Assembly: GCA_964016885.1 (NCBI GenBank)
Contig: OZ024744.1
Location: 132,866,001-132,930,000 of the forward strand
Direction: 5' to 3'
Origin: Eledone cirrhosa
Taxonomy: Eukaryota
Length of the DNA: 64,000 nucleotides
Shown here one piece after another: positions 11,574-26,600 of this stretch. Each line of letters opens with the position of its first letter. Positions within the stretch are counted from its first letter, which is position 1. A program made the translations under genes and the position numbers. Below the pieces are notes generated by a model that was given only the letters and a program-made list of their open reading frames with translations, searched no databases and was not told the DNA's origin.

Positions 11574-14500
11574 AACCCCAACTTAACTTAACCCCAACTT
11601 AACTTAACCCCAACTTAACTTAACCCCAACTTAACTTAACCCCAACATAACTTAACCCCAACTTAAATTAACCCCAACTTAACTTAAACTCAACTTAACT
11701 AACCAACTTAACTTAACCCCAACTTAACTTAACCCCAACTTAACTTAACCCCAACTTAACTTAACCCCAACTTAACTTAACCCCAACTTAAATTAACCCC
11801 AACTTAACTTAACCCCAACTTAACTTTACCCCGACTTAACTTAACCCCAACTTAACTTAACCCCAACTTAACTTAGCCCCAACTTAACTTAGCCCCAACT
11901 TAAGTTAGCCCCAACTTAACTTAACCCCAACTTAACATAACCGCACCTTAACTTAACCTCAACTTAACATAACTGCAACTTAACTTAACCCCAACTTAAC
12001 TTAACCCCAACTTAACTCAACACCAACTTAACTCAACCCCAACTTAACTCAACCCCAATTTAACTCAACCCCAAGTTAACTCAACCCCAACTTAACTTAA
12101 CCCCAACTTAACTGAACCCTAACTTAACTTAACCCCGACTTAAATTAAGCCCAACTTAACTTAACCCCAACTTAACTCAGCCCCAACTTAACTTAGCCCT
12201 AACTTAACTTAACCCCAACTTAACTTAACCCCAACTTAATTAACCCCAACTTAAATTAACCCCAACTTAACTTAATACCAACTTAACGTAACCCCATCTT
12301 AAATAAACCCCAACTTAAATTAACCCCAACTTAACTTAAACCCAACTTAACTTAACCCCAACTTAACTCAGCCCCAACTTAACTTAGCCCCAACTTAACT
12401 TAACCCCAACTTAACTTAACCCCAACTTAACTTAACCCCAACCTAACTTATCCCCAACTTAACTTAACCCCAACTTAACTTAAACCCAACTTAACTTAAC
12501 CCCAACTTAAACTATCCCCAACTTAACTTATCCCCAACTTAACTTAACCCCAACTTAACTTAACCCCAACTTAACTTAACCCCAACTTAATTTAACCCCA
12601 ACTTAACTTAACCTCAACTTAACTTAACCCCAACTTAACTTAACCCCAACTTAACTTAACCCCAACTTAAATTAGCCCCAACTTAACTTAACCCCAACTT
12701 AAATTAACCCCAACTTAACTTAACCCCAACTTAACTTAACCCCGACTTAAATTAACCCCAACTTAACTTAACCCCAACTTAACTTAACCCCAACTTAACT
12801 TAACCACAAATTAACTTAACCCCAACTTAACTTAACCCCAACTTAACTTAACCCCAACTTAACTTAACCCCAACTTAACTTAAACCTAACTTAACTTAAC
12901 CCCAACTTAACCCCAACTTAACTTGACCCCAACTTAACTTAACCCCAACTTAACTCAACCCCAACTTAACTTAACCCCAACTTCACTCAGCCCCAACTTA
13001 ACTCAGCCCCAACTTAACTTAGCCCCAACTTAACTTAACACCAACTTAACTTAACCCCAACTTAACCCCAACTTAACTTAACCCCAACTTAACTCAACCC
13101 CAACTTAACTTAACCCCAACTTAACTCAGCCCCAACTTAACTCAGCCCCAACTTAACTTAGCCCCAACTTAACTTAACACCAACTTAACTTAACCCCAAC
13201 TTAACTTATCCCCAACTTAACTGAACCCCAACTTAACTTAACCCCAACTTAATATAACCCCAACTTAACTTAACCCCAACTTAACTCAACCCCAACTTAA
13301 ATTAACCCCAACTTAACTTAACCCCAACTTAACTTAACCCCAACTTAATTAACCCCAACTTAAATTAACCCCAACTTAACTTAACACCAACTTAACGTAA
13401 CCCCAACTTAACTTAACCCCAACTTAACTTAAACCTAACTTAACTTAACCCCAACTTAACCCCAACTTAACTTGACCCCAACTTAACTTAACCCCAACTT
13501 AACTCAACCCCAACTTAACTTAACCCCAACTTAACTCAGCCCCAACTTAACTCAGCCCCAACTTAACTTAGCCCCAACTTAACTTAACACCAACTTAACT
13601 TAACCCCAACTTAACTTAACCCCAACTTAACTTAACCCCAACTTAACTTATCCCCAACTTAACTGAACCCCAACTTAACTGAACCCCAACTTAAATTAAC
13701 CCCAACTTAACTTAACCCCAACTTAACTTAACCCCAACTTAACTCAACACCAACTTAACTCAACCCCAACTTAACTCAACCCCAATTTAACTCAACCCCA
13801 ACTTAACTCAACCCCAACTTAACTTAACCCCAACTTAACTGAACCCTAACTTAACTTAACCCCGACTTAACTTAACCCCGACTTAACTTAACCCCAACTT
13901 AACTTAACCCCAACTTAACTTAACCCCAACTTAACTTAACCCCAACTTAATTTAACCCCATCTTAACCCCAACTTAACTTAACCCCAACTTAACTGAACC
14001 CCAACTTAAATTAACCCCAACTTAAATAAACCCCAACTTAACTTAACCCCAACTTAACTTAACCCCAACTTAACTTAACCCCAACTTAACTCAGCCCCAA
14101 CTTAACTTAGCCCCAACTTAACTTAACCCCAACTTAACTTAACCCCAACTTAACTTAACCCCAACTTAACTTAACCCCAACTTAACTTAACCCCAATTTA
14201 ACTTAAACCCAACTTAACTTAACCCCAACTTAAATTATCCCCAACTTAACTTATCCCCAACTTAACTTAACCCCAACTTAACTTAACCCCAACTTAACTT
14301 AACCCCAACTTAATTTAACCCCAACTTAACTTAACCTCAACTTAACTTAACCCCAACTTAACTTAACCCCATCTTAACTTAACCCCAACTTAACTTAACC
14401 CCAACTTAACTTAACCCCAACTTAAATTAACCCCAACTTAACTTAACCCCAACTTAACTTAACCCCGACTTAACTTAACCCCAACTTAACTTAACCCCAA

Positions 14501-17500
14501 CTTAACTTAACCCCAACTTAACCCCAACTTAACTTGACCCCAACTTAACTTAACCCCAACTTAACTTAAACTTAACTTAACTTAACCCCAACTTAACCCC
14601 AACTTAACTTGACCCCAACTTAACTTAACCCCAACTTAACTCAACCCCAACTTAACTTAACCCCAACTTAACTCAGCCCCAACTTAACTCAGCCCCAACT
14701 TAACTTAGCCCCAACTTAACTTAACACCAACTTAACTTAACCCCAACTTAACTTAACCCCAACTTAACTTAACCCCAACTTAACTTATCCCCAACTTAAC
14801 TGAACCCCAACTTAACTCAACCCCAACTTAAATTAACCCCAACTTAACTTAACCCCAACTTAACTTAACCCCAACTTAATTAACCCCAACTTAAATTAAC
14901 CCCAACTTAACTTAACACCAACTTAACGTAACCCCAACTTAATTTAACCCCAACTTAAATTAACCCCAACTTAACTTGCCCCCAACTTAACTTACCCCCA
15001 ACTTAACTTAACCCCAACTTAATTTAACCCCAACTTAATTTAACCCCAACTTAACTTAAACCCAACTTAACTTAACCCCAACTTAACTTAACCCCAAATT
15101 AACTCAACCCCAACTTAACTCAACCCCAACTTAACTTAACCACAAATTAAATTAGCCCCAACTTAAATTAACCCCAACTTAACTCAACCACAACTTAACT
15201 TAACCCCGACTTAACTTAACCCCACCTTAACTTAACCTCAACTTAACTTAACTGCAACTTAACTTAACCCCAACTTAACTTAACCCCAACTTAACTCAAC
15301 ACCAACTTAACTCAACCCCAACTTAACTCAACGCCAATTTAACTCAACCCCAACTTAACTCAACCCCAACTTAACTTAACCCCGACTTAAATTAACCCCG
15401 ACTTAACTTAACCCCAACTTAACTCAACCCCAACTTAACTTAACCCCAACTTAACTTAACCCCAACTTAACTTAACCCCAACTTAAATTAAACCCAACTT
15501 AACTTAAACTCAACTTAACTAACCAACTTAACTTAACCCCAACTTAACTTGACCCCAACTTAACTTAACCCCAACTTAACTTAAACCCAACTTAACTTAA
15601 CCCCAACTTAACTTAACCCCAACTTAACTTAACCCCAACTTAACCCCAAATTAAATTAACCTCAACTTAACTTAACCCCAACTTAACTTAGCCCCAACTT
15701 AACTTAGCCCCAACTTAACTTAGCCCCAACTTAACTTAACCCCAACTTAACTTAACCGCACCTTAACTTAACCTCAACTTAACTTAACTGCAACTTAACT
15801 TAACCCCAACTTAACTTAACCCCAACTTAACTCAAAACCAACTTAACTCAACCCCAACTTAACTCAACCCCAATTTAACTCAACCCCAACTTAACTCAAC
15901 CCCAACTTAACTTAACCCCAACTTAACTGAACCCTAACTTAACTTAACCCCGACTTAACTTAACCCCGACTTAACTTAACCCCAACTTAACTTAACCCCA
16001 ACTTAACTTAACCCCAACTTAACTTAACCCCAACTTAATTTAACCCCATCTTAACCCCAACTTATCTTAACCCCAACTTAACTGAACCCCAACTTAATTT
16101 AACCCCAACTTAAATAAACCCCAACTTAACTTAACCCCAACTTAACTTAACCCCAACTTAACTTAACCCCAACTTAACTCAGCCCCAACTTAACTTAGCC
16201 CCAACTTAACTTAACCACAACTTAACTTAACCCCAACTTAACTTAACCCCAACTTAACTTAACACAAACTTAACGTAACCCCAACTTAATTTAACCCCAA
16301 CTTAACTTAACCTCAACTTAACTTAACCCCAACTTAACTTAACCCCATCTTAACTTAACCCCAACTTAACTTAACCCCAACTTAACTTAACCCCAACTTA
16401 AATTAACCCCAACTTAACTTAACCCCAACTTAACTTAAACCCGACTTAACTTAACCCCAACTTAACTTAATCCCAACTTAACTTAACCCCAACTTAACTT
16501 AACCACAAATTAACTTAACCCCAACTTAACTTAACCCCAACTTAACTTAACCCCAACTTAACTTAACCCCAACTTAACTTAACCCCAACTTAACTTAAAC
16601 CTAACTTAACTTAACCCCAACTTAACCCCAACTTAACTTGACCCCAACTTAACTTAACCCCAACTTAACTCAACCCCAACTTAACTTAACCCCAACTTAA
16701 CTCAGCCCCAACTTAACTCAGCCCCAACTTAACTTAGCCACAACTTAACTTAACACCAACTTAACTTAACCCCAACTTAACTTAACCCCAACTTAACTTA
16801 ACCCCAACTTAACTTATCCCCAACTTAACTGAACCCCAACTTAACTTAACCCCAACTCAATATAACCCCAACTTAACTTAACCCCAACTTAACTCAACCC
16901 CAACTTAAATTAACCCCAACTTAACTTATCCCCAACTTAACTTAACCCCAACTTAATTAACCCCAACTTAAATTAACCCCAACTTAACTTAACACCAACT
17001 TAACGTAACCCCAACTTAAATAAACCCCAACTTAAATTAACCCCAACTTAACTTAACCCCAACTTAACTTAACCCCAACTTAACTCAGCCCCAACTTAAC
17101 TTAGCCCCAACTTAACTTAACCCCAACTTAACTTAACCCCAACTTAACTTAACCCCAACTTAACTTAAACCTAACTTAACTTAACCCCAACTTAACCCCA
17201 ACTTAACTTGACCCCAACTTAACTTAACCTCAACTTAACTTAACCCCAACTTAACTTAACCCCATCTTAACTTAACCCCAACTTAACTTAACCCCAACTT
17301 AACTTAACCCCAACTTAAATTAACCCCAACTTAACTTAACCCCAACTTAACTTAACCCCGACTTAACTTAACCCCAACTTAACTTAACCCCAACTTAACT
17401 TAACCCCAACTTAACTTAACCACAAATTAACTTAACCCCAACTTAACTTAACCCCAACTTAACTTAACCCCAACTTAACTTAACCCCAACTTAACTTAAC

Positions 17501-19746
17501 CCCAACTTAACTTAAACCTAACCTAACTTAACCCCAACTTAACCCCAATTTAACTTGACCCCAACTTAACTTAACCCCAACTTAACTCAACCCCAACTTA
17601 ACTTAACCCCAACTTAACTCAGCCCCAACTTAACTCAGCCCCAACTTAACTTAGCCACAACTTAACTTAACACCAACTTAACTTAACCCCAACTTAACTT
17701 AACCCCAACTTAACTTAACCCCAACTTAACTTATCCCCAACTTAACTGAACCCCAACTTAACTTAACCCCAACTTAATATAACCCCAACTTAACTTAACC
17801 CCAACTTAACTCAACCCCAACTTAAATTAACCCCAACTTAACTTATCCCCAACTTAACTTAACCCCAACTTAATTAACCCCAACTTAAATTAACCCCAAC
17901 TTAACTTAACACCAACTTAACGTAACCCCAATTTAACTTAACCCCAACTTAACTTAAACCTAACTTAACTTAACCCCAACTTAACCCCAACTTAACTTGA
18001 CCCCAACTTAACTTATCCCCAACTTAACTGAACCCCAACTTAACTGAACCCTAACTTAACTTAACCCCGACTTAACTTAACCCCGACTTAACTTAACCCC
18101 AACTTAACTTAACCCCAACTTAACTTAACCCCAACTTAACTTAACCCCAACTTAATTTAACCCCATCTTAACCCCAACTTAACTTAACCCCAACTTAACT
18201 GAACCCCAACTTAACTTAACCCCAACTTAAATAAACCCCAACTTAACTTAACCCCAACTTAACTTAACCCCAACTTAACTTAACCCCAACTTAACTCAGC
18301 CCCAACTTAACTTAGCCCCAACTTAACTTAACCCCAACTTAACTTAACCCCAACTTAACTTAACCCCAACTTAACTTAACCCCAACTTAACTTAACCCCA
18401 ACTTAACTTAAACCCAACTTAACTTAACCCCAACTTAAATTATCCCCAACTTAACTTATCCCCAACTTAACTTAACCCCAACTTAACTTAACCCCAACTT
18501 AATTTAACCCCAACTTAACTTAACCTCAACTTAACTTAACCCCAACTTAACTTAACCCCATCTTAACTTAACCCCAACTTAACTTAACCCCAACTTAACT
18601 TAACCCCAACTTAAATTAACCCCAACTTAACTTAACCCCAACTTAACTTAACCCCGACTTAACTTAACCCCAACTTAACTTAACCCCAACTTAACTTAAC
18701 CCCAACTTAACCCCAACTTAACTTGACCCCAACTTAACTTAACCCCAACTTAACTCAACCCCAACTTAACTTAACCCCAACTTAACTCAGCCCCAACTTA
18801 ACTCAGCCCCAACTTAACTTAGCCCCAACTTAACTTAGCACCAACTTAACTTAACCCCACCTTAACTTAACCCCAACTTAACTTAACCCCAACTTAACTT
18901 ATCCCCAACTTAACTGAACCCCAACTTAACTTAACCCCAACTTAATATAACCCCAACTTAACTTAACCCCAACTTAACTCAACCCCAACTTAAATTAACC
19001 CCAACTTAACTTAACCCCAACTTAACTTAACCCCAACTTAATTAACCCCAACTTAAATTAACCCCAACTTAACTTAACACCAACTTAACGTAACCCCAAC
19101 TTAATTTAACCCCAACTTAAATTAACCCCAACTTAACTTGCCCCCAACTTAACTTACCCCCAACGTAACTTAACCCCAACTTAATTTAACCCCAACTTAA
19201 TTTAACCCCAACTTAACTTAACCCCAAATTAACTCAACCCCAACTTAACTCAACCCCAACTTAACTTAACCCCAACTTAACTTAACCCCAACTTAACTTA
19301 ACCACAAATTAACTTAGCCCCAACTTAAATTAACCCCAACTTAACTCAACCACAACTTAACTTAACCCCGACCTAACTTAACCCCAACTTAACTTAACCC
19401 CAACTTAACTTAACCCCAACTTCACTCAACCCCAACTTAACTCAGCCCCAACTTAACCCCAACTTAACTTAACCCCTACTTAAATTAACCACAAAGTTAA
19501 CTTAACCCCAATTTAAATTAACCCCAACTTAACTTAACCCCAACTTAACATAACCACCACTTAATTAACCCCAACTTAACTCAACCCCAACTTAACTTAA
19601 CCCTAACTTAACTTAACCCCAACTTAACCGCAACTTAACTTAACCCCAACTTAACTTACCCCCAACTTAACTTACCCCCAACTTAACTGAACCCCAACTT
19701 AAGTTAAGCCTAACTTAACTTAACGCCAACTTAACTTAACCCCGAC

Positions 19747-19922
19747 TTAGGGCTTAAGTTAAGTTGGGGCTAAGTTAAGTTGGGGTTAAGTCAAGTTGGA
19801 AGTTGTGGTTGAGTGAAGTTGGGGTTAAGTTAAGTTGGGGTTGAGTGAAGTTGGGGTTAAGTTAAGTTGGGGTTGAGTTACGTTGGGGTTGAGTGAAGTT
19901 GGGGTTAAGTTAAGTTGGGGTT
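19747..19922 (-). repeat. Inverted satellite cassette copy 4 (176 bp)
   Basis: Same junctions. GAGTTACG allele. Confidence 0.97.
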
Positions 19923-22900
19923 AACCCCAACTTAACTTAACCCCAACTTAACTTAACCCCAACTTAACTTAACCCCAACTTAACTTAACCCCAACATAAC
20001 TTAACCCCAACTTAAATTAACCCCAACTTAACTTAAACTCAACTTAACTAACCAACTTAACTTAACCCCAACTTAACTTAACCCCAACTTAACTTAACCC
20101 CAACTTAACTTAACCCCAACTTAAATTAACCCCAACTTAACTTAACCCCAACTTAACTTAACCCCGACTTAACTTAACCCCAACTTAACTTAACCCCAAC
20201 TTAACTTAGCCCCAACTTAACTTAGCCCCAATTTAACTTAGCCCCAACTTAACTTAACCCCAACTTAACATAACCGCACCTTAACTTAACCTCAACTTAA
20301 CTTAACTGCAACTTAACTTAACCCCAACTTAACTTAACCCCAACTTAACTCAACACCAACTTAACTCAACCCCAACTTAACTCAACCCCAATTTAACTCA
20401 ACCCCAACTTAACTCAACCCCAACTTAACTTAACCCCAACTTAACTGAACCCTAACTTAACTTAACCCCGACTTAAATTAAGCCCAACTTAACTTAACCC
20501 CAACTTAACTCAGCCCCAACTTAACTTAGCCCTAACTTAACTTAACCCCAACTTAACTTAACCCCAACTTAATTAACCCCAACTTAAATTAACCCCAACT
20601 TACCTTAACACCAACTTAACATAACCCCATCTTAAATAAACCCCAACTTAAATTAACCCCAACTTAACTTAACCCCAACTTAACTTAACCCCAACTTAAC
20701 TCAGCCCCAACTTAACTTAGCCCCAACTTAACTTAACCCCAACTTAACTTAACCCCAACTTAACTTAACCCCAACTTAACTTATCCCCAACTTAACTTAA
20801 CCCCAACTTAACTTAAACCCAACTTAACTTAACCCCAACTTAAACTATCCCCAACTTAACTTATCCCCAACTTAACTTAACCCCAACTTAACTTAACCCC
20901 AACTTAACTTAACCCCAACTTAATTTAATCCAACTTAACTTAACCTCAACTTAACTTAACCCCAACTTAACTTAACCCCAACTTAACTTAACCCCAACTT
21001 AAATTAGCCCCAACTTAACTTAACCCCAACTTAAATTAACCCCAACTTAACTTTACCCCAACTTAACTTAACCCCGACTTAAATTAACCCCAACTTAACT
21101 TAACCCCAACTTAACTTAACCCCAACTTAACTTAACCACAAATTAACTTAACCCCAACTTAACTTAACCCCAACTTAACTTAACCCCAACTTAACTTAAC
21201 CCCAACTTAACTTAACCCCAACTTAACTTAAACCTAACTTAACTTAACCCCAACTTAACCCCAACTTAACTTGACCCCAACTTAACTTAACCCCAACTTA
21301 ACTCAACCCCAACTTAACTTAACCCCAACTTCACTCAGCCCCAACTTAACTCAGCCCCAACTTAACTTAGCCCCAACTTAACTTAACACCAACTTAACTT
21401 AACCCCAACTTAACTTAACCCCAACTTAACTTAACCCCAACTTAACTCAACCCCAACTTAACTTAACCCCAACTTAACTCAGCCCCAACTTAACTCAGCC
21501 CCAACTTAACTTAGCCCCAACTTAACTTAACACCAACTTAACTTAACCCCAACTTAACTTAACCCCAACTTAACTTATCCCCAACTTAAATGAACCCCAA
21601 CTTAACTTAACCCCAACTTAATATAACCCCAACTTAACTTAACCCCAACTTAACTCAACCCCAACTTAAATTAACCCCAACTTAACTTAACCCCAACTTA
21701 ACTTAACCCCAACTTAATTAACCCCAACTTAAATTAACCCCAACTTAACTTAACACCAACTTAACGTAACCCCAACTTAACTTAACCCCAACTTAACTTA
21801 AACCTAACTTAACTTAACCCCAACTTAACCCCAACTTAACTTGACCCCAACTTAACTTAACCCCAACTTAACTCAACCCCAACTTAACTTAACCCCAACT
21901 TAACTCAGCCCCAACTTAACTCAGCCCCAACTTAACTTAGCCCCAACTTAACTTAACACCAACTTAACTTAACCCCAACTTAACTTAACCCCAACTTAAC
22001 TTAACCCCAACTTAACTTATCCCCAACTTAACTGAACCCCAACTTAACTGAACCCCAACTTAAATTAACCCCAACTTAACTTAACCCCAACTTAACTTAA
22101 CCCCAACTTAACTTAACCCCAACTTAACTTAACCCCAACTTAACTTAACCCCAACTTAACTTAAACCCAACTTAACTTAACCCCAACTTAAATTATCCCC
22201 AACTTAACTTATCCCCAACTTAACTTAACCCCAACTTAACTTAACCCCAACTTAACTTAACCCCAACTTAATTTAACCCCAACTTAACTTAACCTCAACT
22301 TAACTTAACCCCAACTTAACTTAACCCCATCTTAACTTAACCCCAACTTAACTTAACCCCAACTTAACTTAACCCCAACTTAAATTAACCCCAACTTAAC
22401 TTAACCCCAACTTAACTTAACCCCGACTTAACTTAACCCCAACTTAACTTAACCCCAACTTAACTTAACCCCAACTTAACCCCAACTTAACTTGACCCCA
22501 ACTTAACTTAACCCCAACTTAACTCAACCCCAACTTAACTTAACCCCAACTTAACTCAGCCCCAACTTAACTTAGCCCCAACTTAACTTAACACCAACTT
22601 AACTTAACCCCACCTTAACTTAACCCCAACTTAACTTAACCCCAACTTAACTTATCCCCAACTTAACTGAACCCCAACTTAACTTAACCCCAACTTAATA
22701 TAACCCCAACTTAACTTAACCCCAACTTAACTCAACCCCAACTTAAATTAACCCCAACTTAACTTAACCCCAACTTAACTTAACCCCAACTTAATTAACC
22801 CCAACTTAAATTAACCCCAACTTAACTTAACACCAACTTAACGTAACCCCAACTTAATTTAACCCCAACTTAAATTAACCCCAACTTAACTTGCCCCCAA

Positions 22901-23499
22901 CTTAACTTACCCCCAACGTAACTTAACCCCAACTTAATTTAACCCCAACTTAATTTAACCCCAACTTAACTTAACCCCAAATTAACTCAACCCCAACTTA
23001 ACTCAACCCCAACTTAACTTAACCCCAACTTAACTTAACCCCAACTTAACTTAACCACAAATTAACTTAGCCCCAACTTAAATTAACCCCAACTTAACTC
23101 AACCACAACTTAACTTAACCCCGACCTAACTTAACCCCAACTTAACTTAACCCCAACTTAACTTAACCCCAACTTCACTCAACCCCAACTTAACTCAACC
23201 CCAACTTAACCCCAACTTAACTTAACCCCAACTTAAATTAACCACAAAGTTAACTTAACCCCAATTTAAATTAACCCCAACTTAACTTAACCCCAACTTA
23301 ACATAACCACCACTTAATTAACCCCAACTTAACTCAACCCCAACTTAACTTAACCCTAACTTAACTTAACCCCAACTTAACCGCAACTTAACTTAACCCC
23401 AACTTAACTTACCCCCAACTTAACTTACCCCCAACTTAACTGAACCCCAACTTAAGTTAAGCCTAACTTAACTTAACGCCAACTTAACTTAACCCCGAC

Positions 23500-23675
23500 T
23501 TAGGGCTTAAGTTAAGTTGGGGCTAAGTTAAGTTGGGGTTAAGTCAAGTTGGAAGTTGTGGTTGAGTGAAGTTGGGGTTAAGTTAAGTTGGGGTTGAGTG
23601 AAGTTGGGGTTAAGTTAAGTTGGGGTTGAGTTAAGTTGGGGTTGAGTGAAGTTGGGGTTAAGTTAAGATGGGGTT
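23500..23675 (-). repeat. Inverted satellite cassette copy 5 (176 bp)
   Basis: Same junctions. GAGTTAAG allele, with a private AAGATGGGG change near the right junction. Confidence 0.97.
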
Positions 23676-26600
23676 AACCCCAACTTAACTTAACCCCAAC
23701 TTAACTTAACCCCAACTTAACTAAACCCCAACTTAACTTAACCCCAACATAACTTAACCCCAACTTAAATTAACCCCAACTTAACTTAAACTCAACTTAA
23801 CTAACCAACTTAACTTAACCCCAACTTAACTTAACCCCAACTTAACTTAACCCCAACTTAACTTAACCCCAACTTAACTTAACCCCAACTTAAATTAACC
23901 CCAACTTAACTTAACCCCAACTTAACTTAACCCCGACTTAACTTAACCCCAACTTAACTTAACCCCAACTTAACTTAGCCCCAACTTAACTTAGCCCCAA
24001 CTTAACTTAGCCCCAACTTAACTTAACCCCAACTTAACATAACCGCACCTTAACTTAACCTCAACTTAACATAACTGCAACTTAACTTAACCCCAACTTA
24101 ACTTAACCCCAACTTAACTCAACACCAACTTAACTCAACCCCAACTTAACTCAACCCCAATTTAACTCAACCCCAAGTTAACTCAACCCCAACTTAACTT
24201 AACCCCAACTTAACTGAACCCTAACTTAACTTAACCCCGATTAAATTAAGCCCAACTTAACTTAACCCCAACTTAACTCAGCCCCAACTTAACTTAGCCC
24301 TAACTTAACTTAACCCCAACTTAACTTAACCCCAACTTAATTAACCCCAACTTAAATTAACCCCAACTTAACTTAATACCAACTTAACGTAACCCCATCT
24401 TAAATAAACCCCAACTTAAATTAACCCCAACTTAAATTAACCCCAACTTAACTTAACCCCAACTTAACTCAGCCCCAACTTAACTTAGCCCCAACTTAAC
24501 TTAACCCCAACTTAACTTAACCCCAACTTAACTTAACCCCAACTTAACTTATCCCCAACTTAACTTAACCCCAACTTAACTTAAACCCAACTTAACTTAA
24601 CCCCAACTTAAACTATCCCCAACTTAACTTATCCCCAACTTAACTTAACCCCAACTTAACTTAACCCCAACTTAACTTAACCCCAACTTAATTTAACCCC
24701 AACTTAACTTAACCTCAACTTAACTTAACCCCAACTTAACTTAACCCCAACTTAACTTAACCCCGACTTAAATTAACCCCAACTTAACTTAACCCCAACT
24801 TAACTTAACCCCAACTTAACTTAACCCCAACTTAACTTAACCACAAATTAACTTAACCCCAACTTAACTTAACCCCAACTTAACTTAACCCCAACTTAAC
24901 TTAACCCCAACTTAACTTAACCCCAACTTAACTTAAACCTAACTTAACTTAACCCCAACTTAACCCCAACTTAACTTGACCCCAACTTAACTTAACCCCA
25001 ACTTAACTCAACCCCAACTTAACTTAACCCCAACTTCACTCAGCCCCAACTTAACTCAGCCCCAACTTAACTTAGCCCCAACTTAACTTAACACCAACTT
25101 AACTTAACCCCAACTTAACCCCAACTTAACTTAACCCCAACTTAACTCAACCCCAACTTAACTTAACCCCAACTTAACTCAGCCCCAACTCAACTCAGCC
25201 CCAACTTAACTTAGCCCCAACTTAACTTAACACCAACTTAACTTAACCCCAACTTAACTTAACCCCAACTTAACTTAACCCCAACTTAACTTATCCCCAA
25301 CTTAACTGAACCCCAACTTAACTTAACCCCAACTTAATATAACCCCAACTTAACTTAACCCCAACTTAACTCAACCCCAACTTAAATTAACCCCAACTTA
25401 ACTTAACCCCAACTTAACTTAACCCCAACTTAATTAACCCCAACTTAAATTAACCCCAACTTAACTTAACACCAACTTAACGTAACCCCAACTTAACTTA
25501 ACCCCAACTTAACTTAAACCTAACTTAACTTAACCCCAACTTAACCCCAACTTAACTTGACCCCAACTTAACTTAACCCCAACTTAACTCAACCCCAACT
25601 TAACTTAACCCCAACTTAACTCAGCCCCAACTTAACTCAGCCCCAACTTAACTTAGCCCCAACTTAACTTAACACCAACTTAACTTAACCCCAACTTAAC
25701 TTAACCCCAACTTAACTTAACCCCAACTTAACTCATCCCCAACTTAACTGAACCCCAACTTAACTGAACCCCAACTTAAATTAACCCCAACTTAACTTAA
25801 CCCCAACTTAACTTAACCCCAACTTAACTTAACCCCAACTTAACTCAACCCCAACTTAACTTAACCCCAACTTAACTCAGCCCCAACTTAACTCAGCCCC
25901 AACTTAACTTAGCCCCAACTTAACTTAACACCAACTTAACTTAACCCCAACTTAACTTAACCCCAACTTAACTTAACCCCAACTTAACTTATCCCCAACT
26001 TAACTGAACCCCAACTTAACTTAACCCCAACTTAATATAACCCCAACTTAACTTAACCCCAACTTAACTCAACCCCAACTTAAATTAACCCCAACTTAAC
26101 TTAACCCCAACTTAACTTAACCCCAACTTAATTAACCCCAACTTAAATTAACCCCAACTTAACTTAACACCAACTTAACGTAACCCCAACTTAACTTAAC
26201 CCCAACTTAACTTAAACCTAACTTAACTTAACCCCAACTTAACCCCAACTTAACTTGACCCCAACTTAACTTAACCCCAACTTAACTCAACCCCAACTTA
26301 ACTTAACCCCAACTTAACTCAGCCCCAACTTAACTCAGCCCCAACTTAACTTAGCCCCAACTTAACTTAACACCAACTTAACTTAACCCCAACTTAACTT
26401 AACCCCAACTTAACTTAACCCCAACTTAACTTATCCCCAACTTAACTGAACCCCAACTTAACTGAACCCCAACTTAAATTAACCCCAACTTAACTTAACC
26501 CCAACTTAACTTAACCCCAACTTAACTCAACACCAACTTAACTCAACCCCAACTTAACTCAACCCCAATTTAACTCAACCCCAACTTAACTCAACCCCAA

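Larger units (their letters stand above)
6770..15450 (+). repeat. Higher-order tandem duplication, period about 4.3 kb (boundaries approximate)
   Basis: Cassettes 2 and 3, and TAATACC (7921, 12273), are 4352 apart. Lines starting 10201 and 14521 are identical (offset 4320). Confidence 0.88.
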
